A program made the position numbers and the translations under genes. 64,000 nt of DNA. Source: Octopus vulgaris. Its lineage: Eukaryota. The DNA lies in assembly GCA_951406725.2 (NCBI GenBank), contig OX597814.1, forward strand, positions 90,582,001-90,646,000, written 5' to 3'. Shown here piece after piece: positions 39,852 through 54,499 of this stretch. The notes below the pieces were generated by a model that made no database searches, was not told the origin of the DNA, and worked only from the letters and a program-made list of their open reading frames with translations. Position 1 is the first letter of the stretch. The number at the start of each line of letters is the position of its first letter.

Positions 39852-40519
39852 GGATTAACCATCCTACTTTATTTAGATTCATTGATATCTTGTAAATAAC
39901 TTTGTGAAGTATTATTTGTTTCGGAGTTACCTTAAATAAGTATTAACCCTCCCAAATAAGTGATATACTACGTAATGTAAGAAGGTATCATTACAAGTAC
40001 TGCAGAAGCCGACGAACGTGTAGGATTGTCATTGAGTCGGAAAAATAACTTGTGTCTTTGAGTTCAAATAAACTATATCAACTATTTTGTACCCTTCCAC
40101 TTCGATAGTTTTAAGTACCAGTCTAATACTGTTGTCAATGTTATCAACTAATCCTCTCTCACTCTCTAAAACTCCATAAATCGAAAACAGTTAGAATTAC
40201 AGAGGTGAAGTGTTTGTGGACATAATGCGCATAGTTGATACGGTTTTGTTTTAACAATATATATTTGCGATCAATTTCAGATGCTATAAACCATTTTTGT
40301 GTTTATTTATTGTTATTTAAATATACCTCACCAGTTCGAGTAGAACTGTAGTCCTACGCCTTTCAACAAATACTGTGAAGTCTTTAATACAATAATTATC
40401 TTAGGTTATATTATGCAGTGCGTTCTACATTTGACGAGGACAGCTGTTTAGTTTGAGGGATATTTAGCTGTTATTTCAATCAAATAGAACAACCTGCGGG
40501 AGGATGTCTTTGTTAGCTT

Positions 40520-40885
40520 AGATAACATAATTTTAAAAAATGTAACTGGTGTAAACAGTGAAAACATGCATAGAGCTGGCGCTCTGTCGGTTACAACGAC
40601 GTGTGTTCCAGTTGATCTGATCAACGGAACAGCCTGCAAGTGGCTGAGCGCTCTACATACATGCATAACTTTAATGTAGTTCTCATGTAGGTTCAGTGTG
40701 GCAGAGAATTTGACAAGTCCGGCCCTTTGAATTTACAGATACAACTCATTTCTGCCACCTAAGTGGACCGGAGCAAGATGAAATAAATTAACTTGCTCAA
40801 GGACACAACACGCTGCGGGTAATTGGACTCATAACGTGACACTCGTGAGCTGAATACCGCTAAACATTAAGCTTCGCACCTCCAC
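40520..40885 (-). mobile_element. tRNA-head SINE (third family)
   Basis: Minus-strand head GAGGTGCGAAGCTTAATGTTTAGCGG...GTGTTGTGTCCTTGAGCAAG, followed by a SINE-like body. Confidence 0.55.
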
Positions 40886-41776
40886 GACTACGGACATAAA
40901 TAGATGGATAACATATTTCTAATTTGCCTTTTATTTAAGAGAATCTCTTGAAAGAAATAAGCAGAAATAGGTAAAACATACCATATATGCAGGTGACAGA
41001 AACGCCTCCTCCTAACATTTCTTAACTGGCAAGTGTCATTTCTGAGTTCAAGTGTTGGAATCCAACGTGACTTGTTGCACGTATTTTCTCTTTACTATAT
41101 AATCGATAAAATATGAACTAGTTTCAAAGTACAGTAGAGTCGTCCTTTAACATTTTTTAAATATGTCAGGTTTTAATTGAAAAAAAAATAATCGGCTTCT
41201 CACAACTTGTTTCAAATAACAACATTACGATGACATACAAAATCATGAATGAAGATTAAACAATAGCAAACACCAGCAATAATAATGTCATCACAAAAGA
41301 AGTTAATGTTTACTTGAGCGTTAATAATGTGGCCATCACCTGAGTTAGCCTGTATATATGTGTTTGCGTGTCTGTGAGTGTATATTATATATGTATGTGT
41401 GTGTGTACGTGTGTATGTGTGTGTGTTTATATATGTACACACACACACACATACATACACACACACACACATACACACACACACCCATATATATATATAT
41501 ATATATATATACGTATATATAAAATTATAATTAAAGGTATCTAAAATATCCTACCATGCTAGAAATAGCAGTCAAACCTTGACTCTAAGACCACATCAAG
41601 TAATTCATACAGCACCAGGAGAAAAGACAAAGAGACAAATATACTAGCAAAGAAGTATTGGATAACCCCTGATATATTGCTTGCAAAGCTAGAAATCTAG
41701 CATGGCGGTATCGTTTAGATACCGTTAATTATAATTTTAATAATAATTATTACCTATAAGGTTTCTATTCCCATGC

Positions 41777-41834
41777 AGGGTATATATACGTGTATATATA
41801 TATATATTTATATATATACACGTATATATACCCT
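41777..41834. repeat. Near-perfect palindrome centred on a (TA)n run
   Basis: AGGGTATATATACGTG(TA)n CACGTATATATACCCT. Confidence 0.9.
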
Positions 41835-43735
41835 ACTTTTAGGTCACACTAAATAAAAACCTTTGACTCTAGAATACTGTGTATAAATTCTTTACTTGGA
41901 ATGACCAAGTTTAAATACTGCTGGATCTCACTCATAAGGTATTGGAATCGTGCAATGTGTATACACTCTATTTTTGGAAGGACCTATTTTAAATTCTGAT
42001 GGATTTTACTCATAAGGTATTGGAATCTTAACTATATACCATTCTGCCAACTTTGGTTATCATCGTTCGATGAGTGATAAAGCACCACTCAAATAGTGGG
42101 CTCGATGTAACTGGTCATCGAACTCAACCAAATATGTTGATTGGTGCCTATGTTAGAAACAATTAATGCTGTGTTTTAGTAGTATTAGCGTTAGCAATAA
42201 CATTAATAGCATTTGCGGCTACTGTTGCTATTGATACTAATATAGAGAGTTATCGACTGAAGTAATTTTTTAATGCTAACAGAAACAGACTTGCATTAAC
42301 GACAATATAAAGAGTTCCATTATCGAACACACTAAGCAGTCAACATCAATGATAAAGAAATAACTTTTCATTGAAAATGAAATGAAAAGCAAAAATGATA
42401 GAGGTATCAGCGATGCGGACAATAAGGAATGCAAAAGAAGCCAAAAGTAACACATAGAAATACAATAGTAAGTAATGTTCAGTATGGCATTCGCCGAAAA
42501 CAACAGTGGGTGTCACTATGTAGTGGAATGTGCTACATATAACCATAAAATCATAAACAAAATGTTTTAAGGGAATATCACATTAGATATTGCCGACCAT
42601 CGTACATATAACAACACGAGGCGATCGCAGTGAAGTGTGTTTGGCTTCACTATAAGCTCAATCAGAGGTGATTCGAGGGCTAAACAACGAAAACAACAAT
42701 AACGACAGCGATCTTATTAAAGAAATATTTGCTTAGACAATTGGCAACCGGAAAGCGACGTCACAAGCGACATCTTCCCATCCTCGCTATTTACACACAC
42801 ACACACGCACACATACACACACATCACTGGAAATAAAATATCGATTTTAGTACCAGATCAAATGAATACAAAGATCTGAGTGCACGATTTAACTAAATGA
42901 ATAAAAATATTGGCTAATTTCTTTTGACCAGATGTTAAGCTTTATAGTTTAGAGTCACGCGAATGAGATTCTGTGACATTTATCTCACAATATTTAATTC
43001 TCAGGACATTAAATCAGTCCCAGAACAGAAGGACTTTGCTTTGTACTGAAAATTGATATGCCAGAGATCTCACTTGTGTATAAGAAAGGAAAAACGTCAC
43101 AAGACAACAGTTGCATGAAGTACTGAAAAAAGATCATGATAATTAACAGTGTGTAGCAATAGAGAAGCTCATATATAAAGCCTTTGCAGTGAATGACACG
43201 ATATTATTTTCCTAATCGCAAGTTTAATCCACTGCATTGTAGTCAGGTCTTATCCGTTTGACTTCCATTGTTTGTTTCTATCTATTTTTACTGAAGTTGC
43301 TTCTATCTAAGACAATAGAATAATAGGAAGCTACCCCTTGGAATATTGTTGTCCAATAACAGTTAACAGAAATACCTATATATATTTGTTATATAAGACC
43401 GATGGGGGTGAAAAGTTTTTAGGCTACAGATTCCGCTTCTGCATTAAAATGTATTTTCATTGATAGTATTATGCCATAATTTAACGAATACGGTGTTGCA
43501 GAGTTTACTTACATGAAATTTATATATTCTCAACAAATCTAAAACATGTATTTAGTGGAGATTAGAAGCTTTGTCCAATTGTTTGTTAGAACCTGTGATT
43601 TTTCTGCTTGGAAAATCTCAAAATTTGGGATGCCTGATAAACCCGAATTAAGAAATGATCGTCAGTGAAACATTGATTTTATACCTGCAAGAACAATTGT
43701 GACAGAACTGTAATTTTACATATATATTTCTTTGT

Positions 43736-43887
43736 ATTTCTTTATTGCCCACAAGGGGCTAAACATAGAGGGGACAAACAAGGACAGACGAACGGATTAA
43801 GTCGATTACATCAACCCCAGTGCGTAACTGGTACTTAATTTATCAACCCCGAGAGAATGAAAGGCAAAGTCGACCTCGGCGGAATTT
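43736..43887 (-). mobile_element. SINE family A 3' part (young subfamily)
   Basis: Near-identical to 21654-21805. Confidence 0.85.
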
Positions 43888-44062
43888 TGGGCAATCACAC
43901 AATTAAACAGAGCAAACGACATCCGGCCTACCAATGGTATCTATGGAAATAACATTTCAAAGATCATTAAAAAACTGTCTAGGGATCGCTAATACATAAA
44001 CATTCGTTCGGGTTTGAGGGAATTCAGTTGAATATTTCAATATATACCTATACATATACATA

Positions 44063-45169
44063 CATAGCTGGGCGTAAGTCCGCTAATCCGTTAAACGTTA
44101 ATTAACGAAGTTAACATTTTCGTTAACGATTTAACTTTCAATTTGACTTCGAAAATCATTATTTGACAAATCAACTTCCGTTACATTTAGCTTTCGTTAA
44201 CTCAAGACCGTTAACCCCAAGATTTCATAAAAACCCGGTAAACGTTTAATAGTTTCTATTGTTTTCAGAATGTTTTAACATATTTAATATTATACGCGTC
44301 ATATTTTTCTTACACACACACATAACACGGCCTCGCTCGGTTGGGACTACGTGTGTTACTTTGACATCATCATTCTATAAAATTTGTTCATGGGGAGAAA
44401 AATATAGTAAAATATTAATAGATGTGTGAGTGAGAAAGAAACGAGTAGGGAGGTTGTGGGATGTTTTAGAAACAGTAGCCAGATCTCACTTAAATCACAC
44501 ATTTTCCTCTGAAATTATTAGCAATTGTATTTTTAAACTGAAATGTTTCCCTCACGGAAACAAATGGACAAAATCGTTTCAGACTGAAGTGTTGAGGGGG
44601 TTGCGGAAGTGAAATAAAGAAAATTTCCAAATGCTTTTTCGTAAGAAGTTGCCTCCCATCATTCTGAAAACTCTGATGAAAAACATTGGACAAAATTCCC
44701 GTCAAAATGGGCCGTCCAACCTGAAACTCCGTTTTCGAGAAATTCCTCACTCGCGTTCCCTTCCAAAACTTTTGCCTAAAAATTTCTTTGTAATCGCAAT
44801 CTACACTGTTTGAAAGGTACTTACATAAAATTTCATTAAAGAATACCTATTTTCCAGAAAGTTATGAAGAGGAAAATGTCGGGTTCTGTGACTTTTCGGC
44901 AACTCTCTCTCCCCAACCCCTCGGGAAATATGTTTCTTGCAAATTTTTACATGCAGTCAATCTACGAGCTATAACCGATTATGTGGTGAAAGTTTCGTTT
45001 AAAAGTATCCATTTTTCTGAAATTTATGATGCAACAAAATTGGTGGAGTATTAAACTGTAGCTATGCCATTTTTTAAGATAAAAGTTAACGTAAACTTAC
45101 ATAACAATTTCAAAGAATTAACGGATTAACGATTAACGAAATACACTTTTCGAATGAACGGTGCCCACC

Positions 45170-45173
<4 letters not shown>
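44063..45173. mobile_element. Non-autonomous hAT-like DNA transposon
   Basis: Termini CATAGCTGGGC and GCCCACCTCTG (reverse complement CAGAGGTGGGC). Clustered subterminal TTAACG/CGTTAA motifs at both ends. Approximate 8-bp flanks TATACATA/TATATATA. Confidence 0.6.
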
Positions 45174-45222
<49 letters not shown>

Positions 45223-45297
45223 TTATGTATATATATCTATATATATACATATATATATATATAATACATATATATATATGTATATATATATGTATGG

Positions 45298-45354
<57 letters not shown>

Positions 45355-45359
<5 letters not shown>

Positions 45360-45495
45360 CTTTATTACCCACAAAGGGCTAAACACAGAGGGGACAAGCA
45401 AGGACAGACAAAGGGATTAAGTCGATTACATCGACCCCAGTGCGGAACTGGTACTTAAAATATAGAACCCGAAAGGATAAAAGGCAAAGTTGACC
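45355..45495 (-). mobile_element. SINE family A 3' part (young subfamily)
   Basis: Near-identical to 21906-22045. Confidence 0.85.
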
Positions 45496-47105
45496 TGTGT
45501 GTGTGTGTGTATAATGTATATATGTTTGTGTGCGTACTTTACACGCTTATGGCTTTCTTTAGGACTTTAAAACCTACATAAAGTGCTTAACAACAGAAAG
45601 TGGAAACTGCTTAGTGACCACTCACTTCCTTATGTGTCCATCAAACGTTATTATTTGTTCGTGGTAAAAAAAAAAAGAAAAGTGAAAATATAATTATTAA
45701 TTACGTTGACACTAATAACAGCTGCTGCAACAAGTACATCACAGCAAGCAATGATTGTCTATAGAATTTGCGATAGAATAGATCAGGTGGAGGCAAATTC
45801 AAGGACACTAATAACAACGACAATGATTCCTTTTAACTGCTCCATTAATGGCCATTGTCTATCGTTGATCTAGTTCATCTGAACATCTGTCAGTCTGTCT
45901 TCGTTCAATAAGGTTCACATTGCCTCAAACAGACTTAATGCTTCTCGCTCTCTCACTTGCCCTGTAGCTCTTTCTTTGCTCTTTCTCCCGCCCATTCGAT
46001 CTTTCTAGTATTTAACAACTGGTAGCTTTACAGGTCGTTATCATTATTGTTGCATGCGATTATTTGCTTTCACTGCGGATATGGCGATAGTCTACGAACT
46101 AAATATACAATAGTTCATATTCCTCCGTCTCCATAATACACACGGCGACAATCAACTTACCCTGCTGACATTAAACATGTCTAAGTAAGTATAGTATTCA
46201 TATAGGTCGAAACACTTCATAATAGGTCGAAACACTTCATATCTAACGGATGATTCATTAGGTTGTCGTCTTATAAAATAACTCGTTTACTTACTTCCCA
46301 CTTCCTCACTTCTTCCTTCTCTGTTTTAACTCCGACTACCTAACAACATATATGCATACACATTCACATACTCATAAATACACATGCGTGCATATCTAAG
46401 CCTTACATCATAGTATCACTAATGTTACATATTTAAGTATCTATCGACCATTCTGACTGATATAATTTAAAAAAATGATAGATGAATGACTGATAGCAAG
46501 ACAGATAAATGGACAGATAGACTTAAATGCGTTTCTGTTTGTCATACAAGAAACATTAATATGCAGTAGATATCTATTCATCTGTCTATGAACCATTAAT
46601 GCCGTTTTACCTCCTGATAACATGACATCATTTATTGAAACTGAAGCGTTTGTCATAAATTCTCAGATGAAAAATCCCGATAAATAAAAGTAAAAATGAA
46701 ACAGAAATAAAATATCATCTGAAATGCTGCTGTTGTGTCACGTGGAGAATCAAATTGATGTTTACTCTGCTTCATCTTATGACTCATTTCTGAGGTAGCT
46801 GCACTTAATGTAAGCTAGATATATTTTCCATAATGAGAAATATAAGGACAGACGCCAGAATTGAACCATAAATGCGTGCCTGTATGTGTATTTAGCATAA
46901 GAACAAGCGTGTATATGATTAGATAATACACACATACGTACATACATAGATACATACATACATACATACGTGGGTATATATATGTGTGAGTGTACACATT
47001 ATAGATGTTTGTATATATATATATAGATGAATGTGTATATATGTATATATATGTATATATATATATGTATATGTATGTATATATATATGAGTGTGTTTGT
47101 GTATG

Positions 47106-47136
<31 letters not shown>

Positions 47137-50014
47137 GCATTTTTGTGTTAGTATATATGTACAAATATATGCATATGTAAACATATGTATACATAAATAT
47201 ATGCATTTGTATTTGTATATGTGTGTGTGAGTGTATGTGTATCTATATGTGTATGTATGTATTTACAACACCGAAATCTGACCGGTTCATGAGACAGGAA
47301 TAGACTCGATGGTGCATAAAATTTTGCCATTGTCTGTGAGAGATGTGAGAGACTTGGATGTTGTATATACTAAATTTGCAAGCCAGATTTTGTTTGCGGT
47401 CAAGATAGGCTATCAATTGCTCATTCATGCGCAGAGACACATACAGGCCTTGAGTTTGTGCCAGAAGGAAATGGGTAGGGAAGTATAAGGAACGAAGGAA
47501 ACCAAGAAAAGAGAGAAATAGAGTGTAAGAGAGTGAGGGGTGAAATAGAAAAGAAGGGTAATTACAGAAACAGAGCGACAGAAAAAGAACAACAAAAACA
47601 AAGATAATGAAGATGTTGAACAAAGAATTATGCTGCCCCATACATACTTAACACCTGTGCACATACATACAAACGTTCACTCTTGGCGAAACAATAAGCT
47701 GCTCATTATTGTTGCCGTTGTGACAAATGTATACGTTATTAGGAAAGCTAGGAATGATCTGTAAATATCAGATAACGAAAGTTTTTTGTCTAAGAACCGC
47801 AAGTGTTTTTGCAGAATTAGTTATTTTCTGTTAGAAACTGCATGTAGAGAATATAATTTATCACTGGTACGAGAATTATAGCTTTCATATATAAAACTAC
47901 TATACACTTTAGTCGCCACGCTCACATTTAATTTCACTTGATATTCGACTCAATTTGTGCCTACAGAGTTTATCCAGATCTCACAATTCCATTCCATACA
48001 GAATGTTAGAAAGAAATACTTCCCTTAACTTTGCAAGACTTCCACAAATCATGACGTTTATATACGTAGATGAATTATCATTCACTTAGAAAACCACAGG
48101 TCATGTCTGTCCTTATTCCGTTTAAAGAACACATGGTTTCACGTCCCACTGGACGTATATTCCAACAGGTGGAGGACTGCTAGATCCTGGCAACATCCCG
48201 GTAATATCATCAGCTTTACTCCGTTTGGTACACGCTTCGCTCAGATCTCCATCTCTGTCAAAGATATGTATGACAAAAGATGATCATATATATCAACTGT
48301 TAAGAATCTATCTAGATTCTATCTGTATTTTGTGTTGCATTAACACATTTCCGAACATTATAAAAGTAGAAATCTTCAACAATTCATATCAGTAAGATGG
48401 CAGATGAGGAAGAACGTGATGTGTGTAACTAGTCCATTCTGCATAAAGTGAACAAACAATCGTACTGTTTCACCTCAAGCCAGCCGCAGACACAATTTCG
48501 CATTAACTTGGCTTGCTAGATGCTCAACATAATGACATTGTTAGTATTATATAAATATCTGGTTCAACCTCACTCCTTTTGGATTCATGAGATTCATCAA
48601 CATTGACTGACCAACCGGTTGATTAGAACATTTTCCATTTTTGAAATTTGTTTTCGCCATCTATCAAACAGGTATCATTACAAGAAATGAACCTACCACT
48701 ACTATAAGCGGAACCGAAGCCACTGCACATAAGACAACCACCAGATAACAATGATCAGTTCCTTGAAATGGTTTACATTAATCAAAACTGATTAACCTCC
48801 TAGCAACTCCTGCTACAACGTATGGCAGTAAGAGAGACCCCTGTTTGGAAGTACCAACATATTTCCGAGCAATTTGATCCGAATCTTTCAATCGGTATTT
48901 CACAAGGACATAGTACTAACATTTCGTAGGCACTCCATTTGATTTCAATACATCAGCCCCTATAATAGCAGCTTTGCTACTCATCGATTCTGTAGTTTCC
49001 ATTATTATGTATGACAAATGTTTGCCGAGATATTGAAAAATAGGCGTGGCGTGCAAATATAAAGCTTTTAGATTTAATTATTCATATGCAGCTTTTGATA
49101 CGCGTACAAATACCCAATATCACTATAGTCAGTTTATTTCCGGTGGATTTCGTAGTTACAACATCGAGATCGGTATTAATATATACCGTATCTATGTCAT
49201 CACATAAGACCTTAAAGTGAAAACTCTAATGAAAGCTATAGGATAAGGAAAGGCAAGAGAATTAAAAGACAAGATAAAATTACAAGCACTGTGGAATGAA
49301 TGATTTACTGTGTGCAGTACACGTTAATTACAGAAAGGGTTAGCAATAGATATTAATGTAATAGGTTAACACATGAAACTAATCACTGCGTTTACAATAC
49401 ACTGCATGCATATTATGATTATATATACCTCTAATACAACAAGTAGGGGTATTCTTCAGAGAGAAGATCATAAGAGAAATTATTACAATAATACAAATAA
49501 CAACAAAAGTGAGACAGAAACAGTTTACAGAAAAGTAAACAGAAATATGAACCAGAAGCTGATGTGACAAACAACTGTGAATAGCTTGAGTAGCGAAAAA
49601 CATAAACTAATCAAAGGTTATGAACTGTAGTGAAACTGAAATAACGAAATGTCATTATGAGTCGTTGGTATGAGCAAACTATTCACTACCAGTATCTGGT
49701 AAGAATTAACAAATTGATGGAAGGGATAAAGGAAAATCCGAGACTAGCATGGAAACGCAGGACTTCAAGCACTTGAATATTGATGTCTTTTCACCAGAAA
49801 ATCTAAAATCAATAATAAAATAGAATACAGAAAGAGTAAGTACAGTCTAAGTCGAGGTTGCGAAAAGATAATGAAATACGCCAGGAAAAGAATACTGATA
49901 ACTACAGATGAAGCTATACTTTTTAAAAGAAATTAGAAACCATAGAATACAAGTATGAGAATAGAAACAACTGGTATGCGCGCCAATAGAAAGCAGAAAA
50001 GGTCAACATATTAA

Positions 50015-50238
50015 TATTGGTTTCTACTTTTGGCACAGGGGCAGCAATTTCGAGGGAGGGGGTATGTCGTAAGTCAATTATAGTGACCCCAGTGCACAAT
50101 TCCTACTTATGTTATTGACCCTTAAACAATGAAAGGCAAGCCGACCTCGGTGACATTTGAACTCAGAACAAAAAGACAGAGAAAATGTTGCTAAGCATTT
50201 TGCCTGGTGTGCTAGCAATTTTGCCAGCTCGCCGCCTT
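50015..50238 (-). mobile_element. SINE family A
   Basis: Ends ...gccagctcgccgcctt. Confidence 0.8.
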
Positions 50239-50501
50239 CCCACATCGTACTATGATCATGCAAGCAATCAAAGAAAATTTATAAAGACATACATAGCTAC
50301 AAATCCATGAATTGCACCCCAACACAAAAATCCGGCAGTCGCATTACCAGGTACTGTATACATATCACCTAATTACTTTCAATACGATAATGATAATGAA
50401 AGGAAAATCTAATTTCATTGCCCGTTGCCAACATGTAGCGCTGCAATGAAACTGAAGTATTAATAATATTAGTAATAATAATAAAAAGGGGAAGAAAATG
50501 A

Positions 50502-50712
50502 TTTCAAATTTTGCCACAAGGGCAGCAAATTGTCTGGAGCGGGTACATCGATAGCATCAACTCCCAATGCTCAACTGGTACATATTTTATTGATCTCGAA
50601 ACGATGACAGGCAAAACCCATCTCGGCGAAATTTGCAGTCAGAACGTAAAGACAGTCGAAATGATGCTTAGCATTTTCCTCTGTGTACTAAGCATTCCGC
50701 CAGCTTATCACC

Positions 50713-50714
<2 letters not shown>
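50502..50714 (-). mobile_element. SINE family A followed by (AAT)n to ~50771
   Basis: Homology to other copies. Confidence 0.75.
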
Positions 50715-50771
<57 letters not shown>

Positions 50772-50979
50772 TACAACTAAAGGTTCACAAAAAACATTTG
50801 AGACGGTACAGGACAATACGATGTGGGGTTTCACAAATAGAAGCGTGTACAGAGAAAAGCAATAATATAAATTCTAACAACGAAACATTTCCTAAAAGAA
50901 GGAGACTTCCTAGTGCTGCTCTGAGAAACACCACAAAAATGGTCGCCTTCACTACTAGAACAACTTCCCTCTCCACATC

Positions 50980-52425
50980 TTCCTCTAATCCACAGGCGCA
51001 CGCTGAGTGTAGGCCCATTCACGCGGACCTTTCTTACCACAGTTACTTAACTTTTGATAAAATGCTTGGACGTAGGACTTCTCTCTTTACTCTCACCTTT
51101 CTTTTTCAAGTGAAATTTGGAAAGATTGACGTGGGCTTAGCCAAAGAAGAATGTATGTCTTCAGCCTTTTCAGTCTGGTCCACCACATAAACACTCTCGC
51201 TAAGGCTATCAAACAATTTTCACAATGAATTCAGCCGATAGTCGACACCATCATTGACATGTCAGCATGTGTTCGATATAATTCAATATAAATACATTGC
51301 TGGGACACTGAACTAGATCGTGCAAAACAGTTTTGTCGCTCTGTGCGCATCTCGAGGAAGCCCGGCTGAAAGCATTTCCACGCCTGTAGAGATTATCCTG
51401 AAACAGCAAAGCTCCTCAGAAGCACTAACAGGCCAAGTATTTCTCTATATTATCCATGAGCCATGAGTGAAAGTCATTTAGGACATACTAGCCATCTGAT
51501 TCTCGCAACGCCCAAAGTACTCTGAGAACGTTGTCGCACTTACCCACCCCTAACCCTCTATAGGACGCCAAGGTGGAAGCTCCACCGGTGGCATTGTCCG
51601 ACTGAGAGGGGACTGTCAGCGGCTGTCAATACTGTAGGCGCCAAGCACCCTATCTCTGCCTACGTTTGATCCAGGACTAGCTCATTCAAAGAGACAAGCT
51701 GCAGAAGAAGGAGGCTGACAAATAACGAACGTACTTACTCACCATCAAGGAAGCCCCGGAGACGTGGTAGCCTCATTGCATTCCTGCACATCAGCAGCCG
51801 TGGCAATTTTTAGTTCTCCATTCAGTGGGTGTTGGCAAAAGATGGAGCGCATGACCATGGAATGTGTACCCTTCACAGAAAGTGGACGACAGTGATAATA
51901 TTTGACGGAGGCAATGTATGCATTCGCCACCTCTGCCCGATATTTCAGAGAAGCTTTGTGTCGGCCCTTTTCTGGGTGAGAATGGCCACACTGATTGTTA
52001 ACGTCCCAAATCTTCTCCACCTAGAAATCGCAACCAAACCAGAACCCGAGCAATTTAACCGATACCTCCGGCCTTTTCTTGGTTACCGCAGACGGTTCTT
52101 CCACGTTCTAGTTCACGCTGGATTCATCTCAAAATCTCAAATTTCTGGAGTGTTAACGCTAGAGCCAGTACATACTGAAAAGACGAGAGAAGACTCTCTT
52201 GACGGACCCTGTGCATGATGCTGAATGGATCCGATAAGTAACCATTCACCCAAACTACCCATTAGATGTCGCTGTACATCCAACCGGTATACGGAACCGT
52301 AACCGGCTGGTGCGAAAACGGCCGTCAAATATTGGTGATCGTCCCTATCGAAGATCCGGGCCTTACTCATGCCAAGCTTCTCTACGCATGCTGTCTGTGA
52401 TGATGTAACGCATGAAGAGGAGATT
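50980..52425 (-). pseudogene. 5'-truncated Tx1/L1-clade LINE ORF2 remnant (RT C-terminal half, zf-RVT-like CCHC, C-terminus)
   Basis: Minus-strand fragments: SKA.IFDRDDHQYL (SKAFDRVDH motif); SLKYRAEVANAYIASVKYY; V.RSIFCQHPLNG; CAQSDKTVLHDLVQCP; WWTRLK; KFHLK..KVRVKREVL; VRKVRVNGPTLSVRL. Confidence 0.8.
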
Positions 52426-52429
52426 CTCG

Positions 52430-53930
52430 TGGATAGATCTGCTTTGGAGGCATCTTTGCGCAGCACTAATTAGTTTCTCAATTACGAGGGCCGACTTCTT
52501 CAGCAACGGTAAGGACCAAAATTTCGGAGTGGCTAGAAGGCTTTCTATTCCATTTTGATCTTGTGTCCAAAATTAATAGTTTTTCTAAACACAGAAGTAA
52601 TGTCGAGAAATGTGTTTTGGTAACCATTGATGTTTCTTCACTAAATCCAAATATTGACCATAATGAGAGGTAGAAGCATGCATTAATGCTTTTGAAAAAA
52701 CGATGAAACAACAGTATTCTATCAACTGTTCTCTGTAAAGTATTGAAGTTTGTGTTAGTATGTAACACAATTAAACTTGAACAAAAGCATTACCATCAGA
52801 CAAAGGATTGCGCCATTGATACTTCAGGGGCAATTAAGCGTCTTTATTAGTGAATATCAGCTACAGTTAATGGAAACATTCAAGTCTCTGCACGGCCATG
52901 GACTAATACTCAGATTACGGTTCATTGATGACATCGTATTTGTCCGGGAAGGATCGCAAAACAGTTAAGTGAACTTCTTGCATTTCTGTTACTGTTATGG
53001 TAAAAAATTCACGTCGAGTTTTTTCAAAATCTAGCGTTGATTTTTTGGACACAAAAGTTAAGTTTTCGGAAGACAGAATTTTGAGCGAGTTACCTGCAAG
53101 GAGACAAGCTTCCATATTTATCTTCACCGTCACCCCAGTCATGCACATCACACAATTAAGTCAAATCCGAAATCCCAGTTTTCGATGATAAAACGGATTT
53201 GTACAGGAGATTACTGCAAACATGCAAATGCTTTTGTACGCCGTTATGTTAAACGCGATTATAGTTAATCACGATTAAAGTAAATCGCAAATGACATAGC
53301 TAAGATCAGCTCGGAAAGTCAAACTTTCACGCAAAATGTCAGCAGTCAAAATAAAATTTTATGATCAAATCTTTTTAGTGATAAACTGGCAGAGTAATTT
53401 CTCTGGCATTTCAAAAGTCTTGCATGAAAGTTACCAGCATATTTCAGAGAGATATCCCTGTTTCAAACAAATATTCTCTCATCCGCCTATTGTTGCCGTC
53501 ATACGCAATACAATTATAAGAGAGCAATTAAACACTACCTCTAACACCAATAAAGCTACTATCTGCAAGAGAGGTCGGCCTGTTTCGTAGTGCAGCAACC
53601 TGAGTGAAGTCAATACCATCACAAATAATTACATAATTATTATGATTTATCCTGAAGGTGGGACGTGTAAACATTTCCATTTGGTGTATGCAGTGGAATG
53701 CTCCAAACACAATTAGAATCATGTTTGCTGCATAGAAATACAAATAAATATTCACTGGACATAAGTATGACGTCAGGCACAATAATAATAGCTCGACTGT
53801 AATTTTCAGGAACATCTGAAAGTGCACAATGTCAGAAAACTTTCTGGCTCTACTGCACTCTCAGTCCACAAAACGGCTAAGGACAAATATATTTGTGAAT
53901 TGCCAACGTTTGTCGCATATAAGAAATATA
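52430..53930 (+). pseudogene. Heavily decayed second Penelope-like element (Neptune-like) RT/GIY-YIG
   Basis: LRFIDDIVFV (YxDD motif), VDFLDTKV, and thumb/linker LHESY...FSHPPIVAVIRN.IIREQL followed by a Cys-rich linker (CKRGR..*CS) and a VYA..C remnant. Confidence 0.7.
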
Positions 53931-54499
53931 TTACAAATGCTCTTGCTCGTCTACGACTAACTCGTAAATAAATTCACGGAGCACGAGTTAGATCTCATGT
54001 TACAGTGCTCGGTTCAGCATTCACAAAATGTGACTAATAATTGCAAAGAAAACCGTTGCATTTGCCAAAAATAAATGTGTGCATTGAATCTGATGCGCAT
54101 AACATATAGGATATGAGCATGCAAATGCCCTCCTCGTTTCAAATAAATAAGGTAAAAATGTTAAACGATGAAAAAATAACAATGCAAATGAAGTTTTAGA
54201 AGTTATTTCTCAAAGCCAACAAACAGAAGACAAGAAGTGTAAGCGAAATTGTGTATGTGTTTATTGTAGATGCCTATTTTTCTGCTATTCGCACCACAAA
54301 CTTCGAAATTTTCACGAAAATCTTTCTTGTAATATTTAGAAAGGAAATATTTCGTGTCTAAAAAATTAAGTTTGAATTCCAACAGACAAGTTAATTCCAA
54401 AACATGCGGATTAGATTAATAAACAAAAATACATAAAGAATACAAATAAATTAATAAAAGGCAGATATGTTGCAAAAATGGGAACAGCAAGTAAAAATG

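Noticed and set aside
46202-46241. 20-bp tandem duplication containing GAAAC (also a ~28-bp direct repeat near 41921/42000)
   Set aside because: Ordinary local duplications with no ribozyme core or other structure.
54085-54130. CTGATG... hairpin after the second PLE as a hammerhead
   Set aside because: Lacks the CTGANGA and GAAA core, so it is too degenerate to call.
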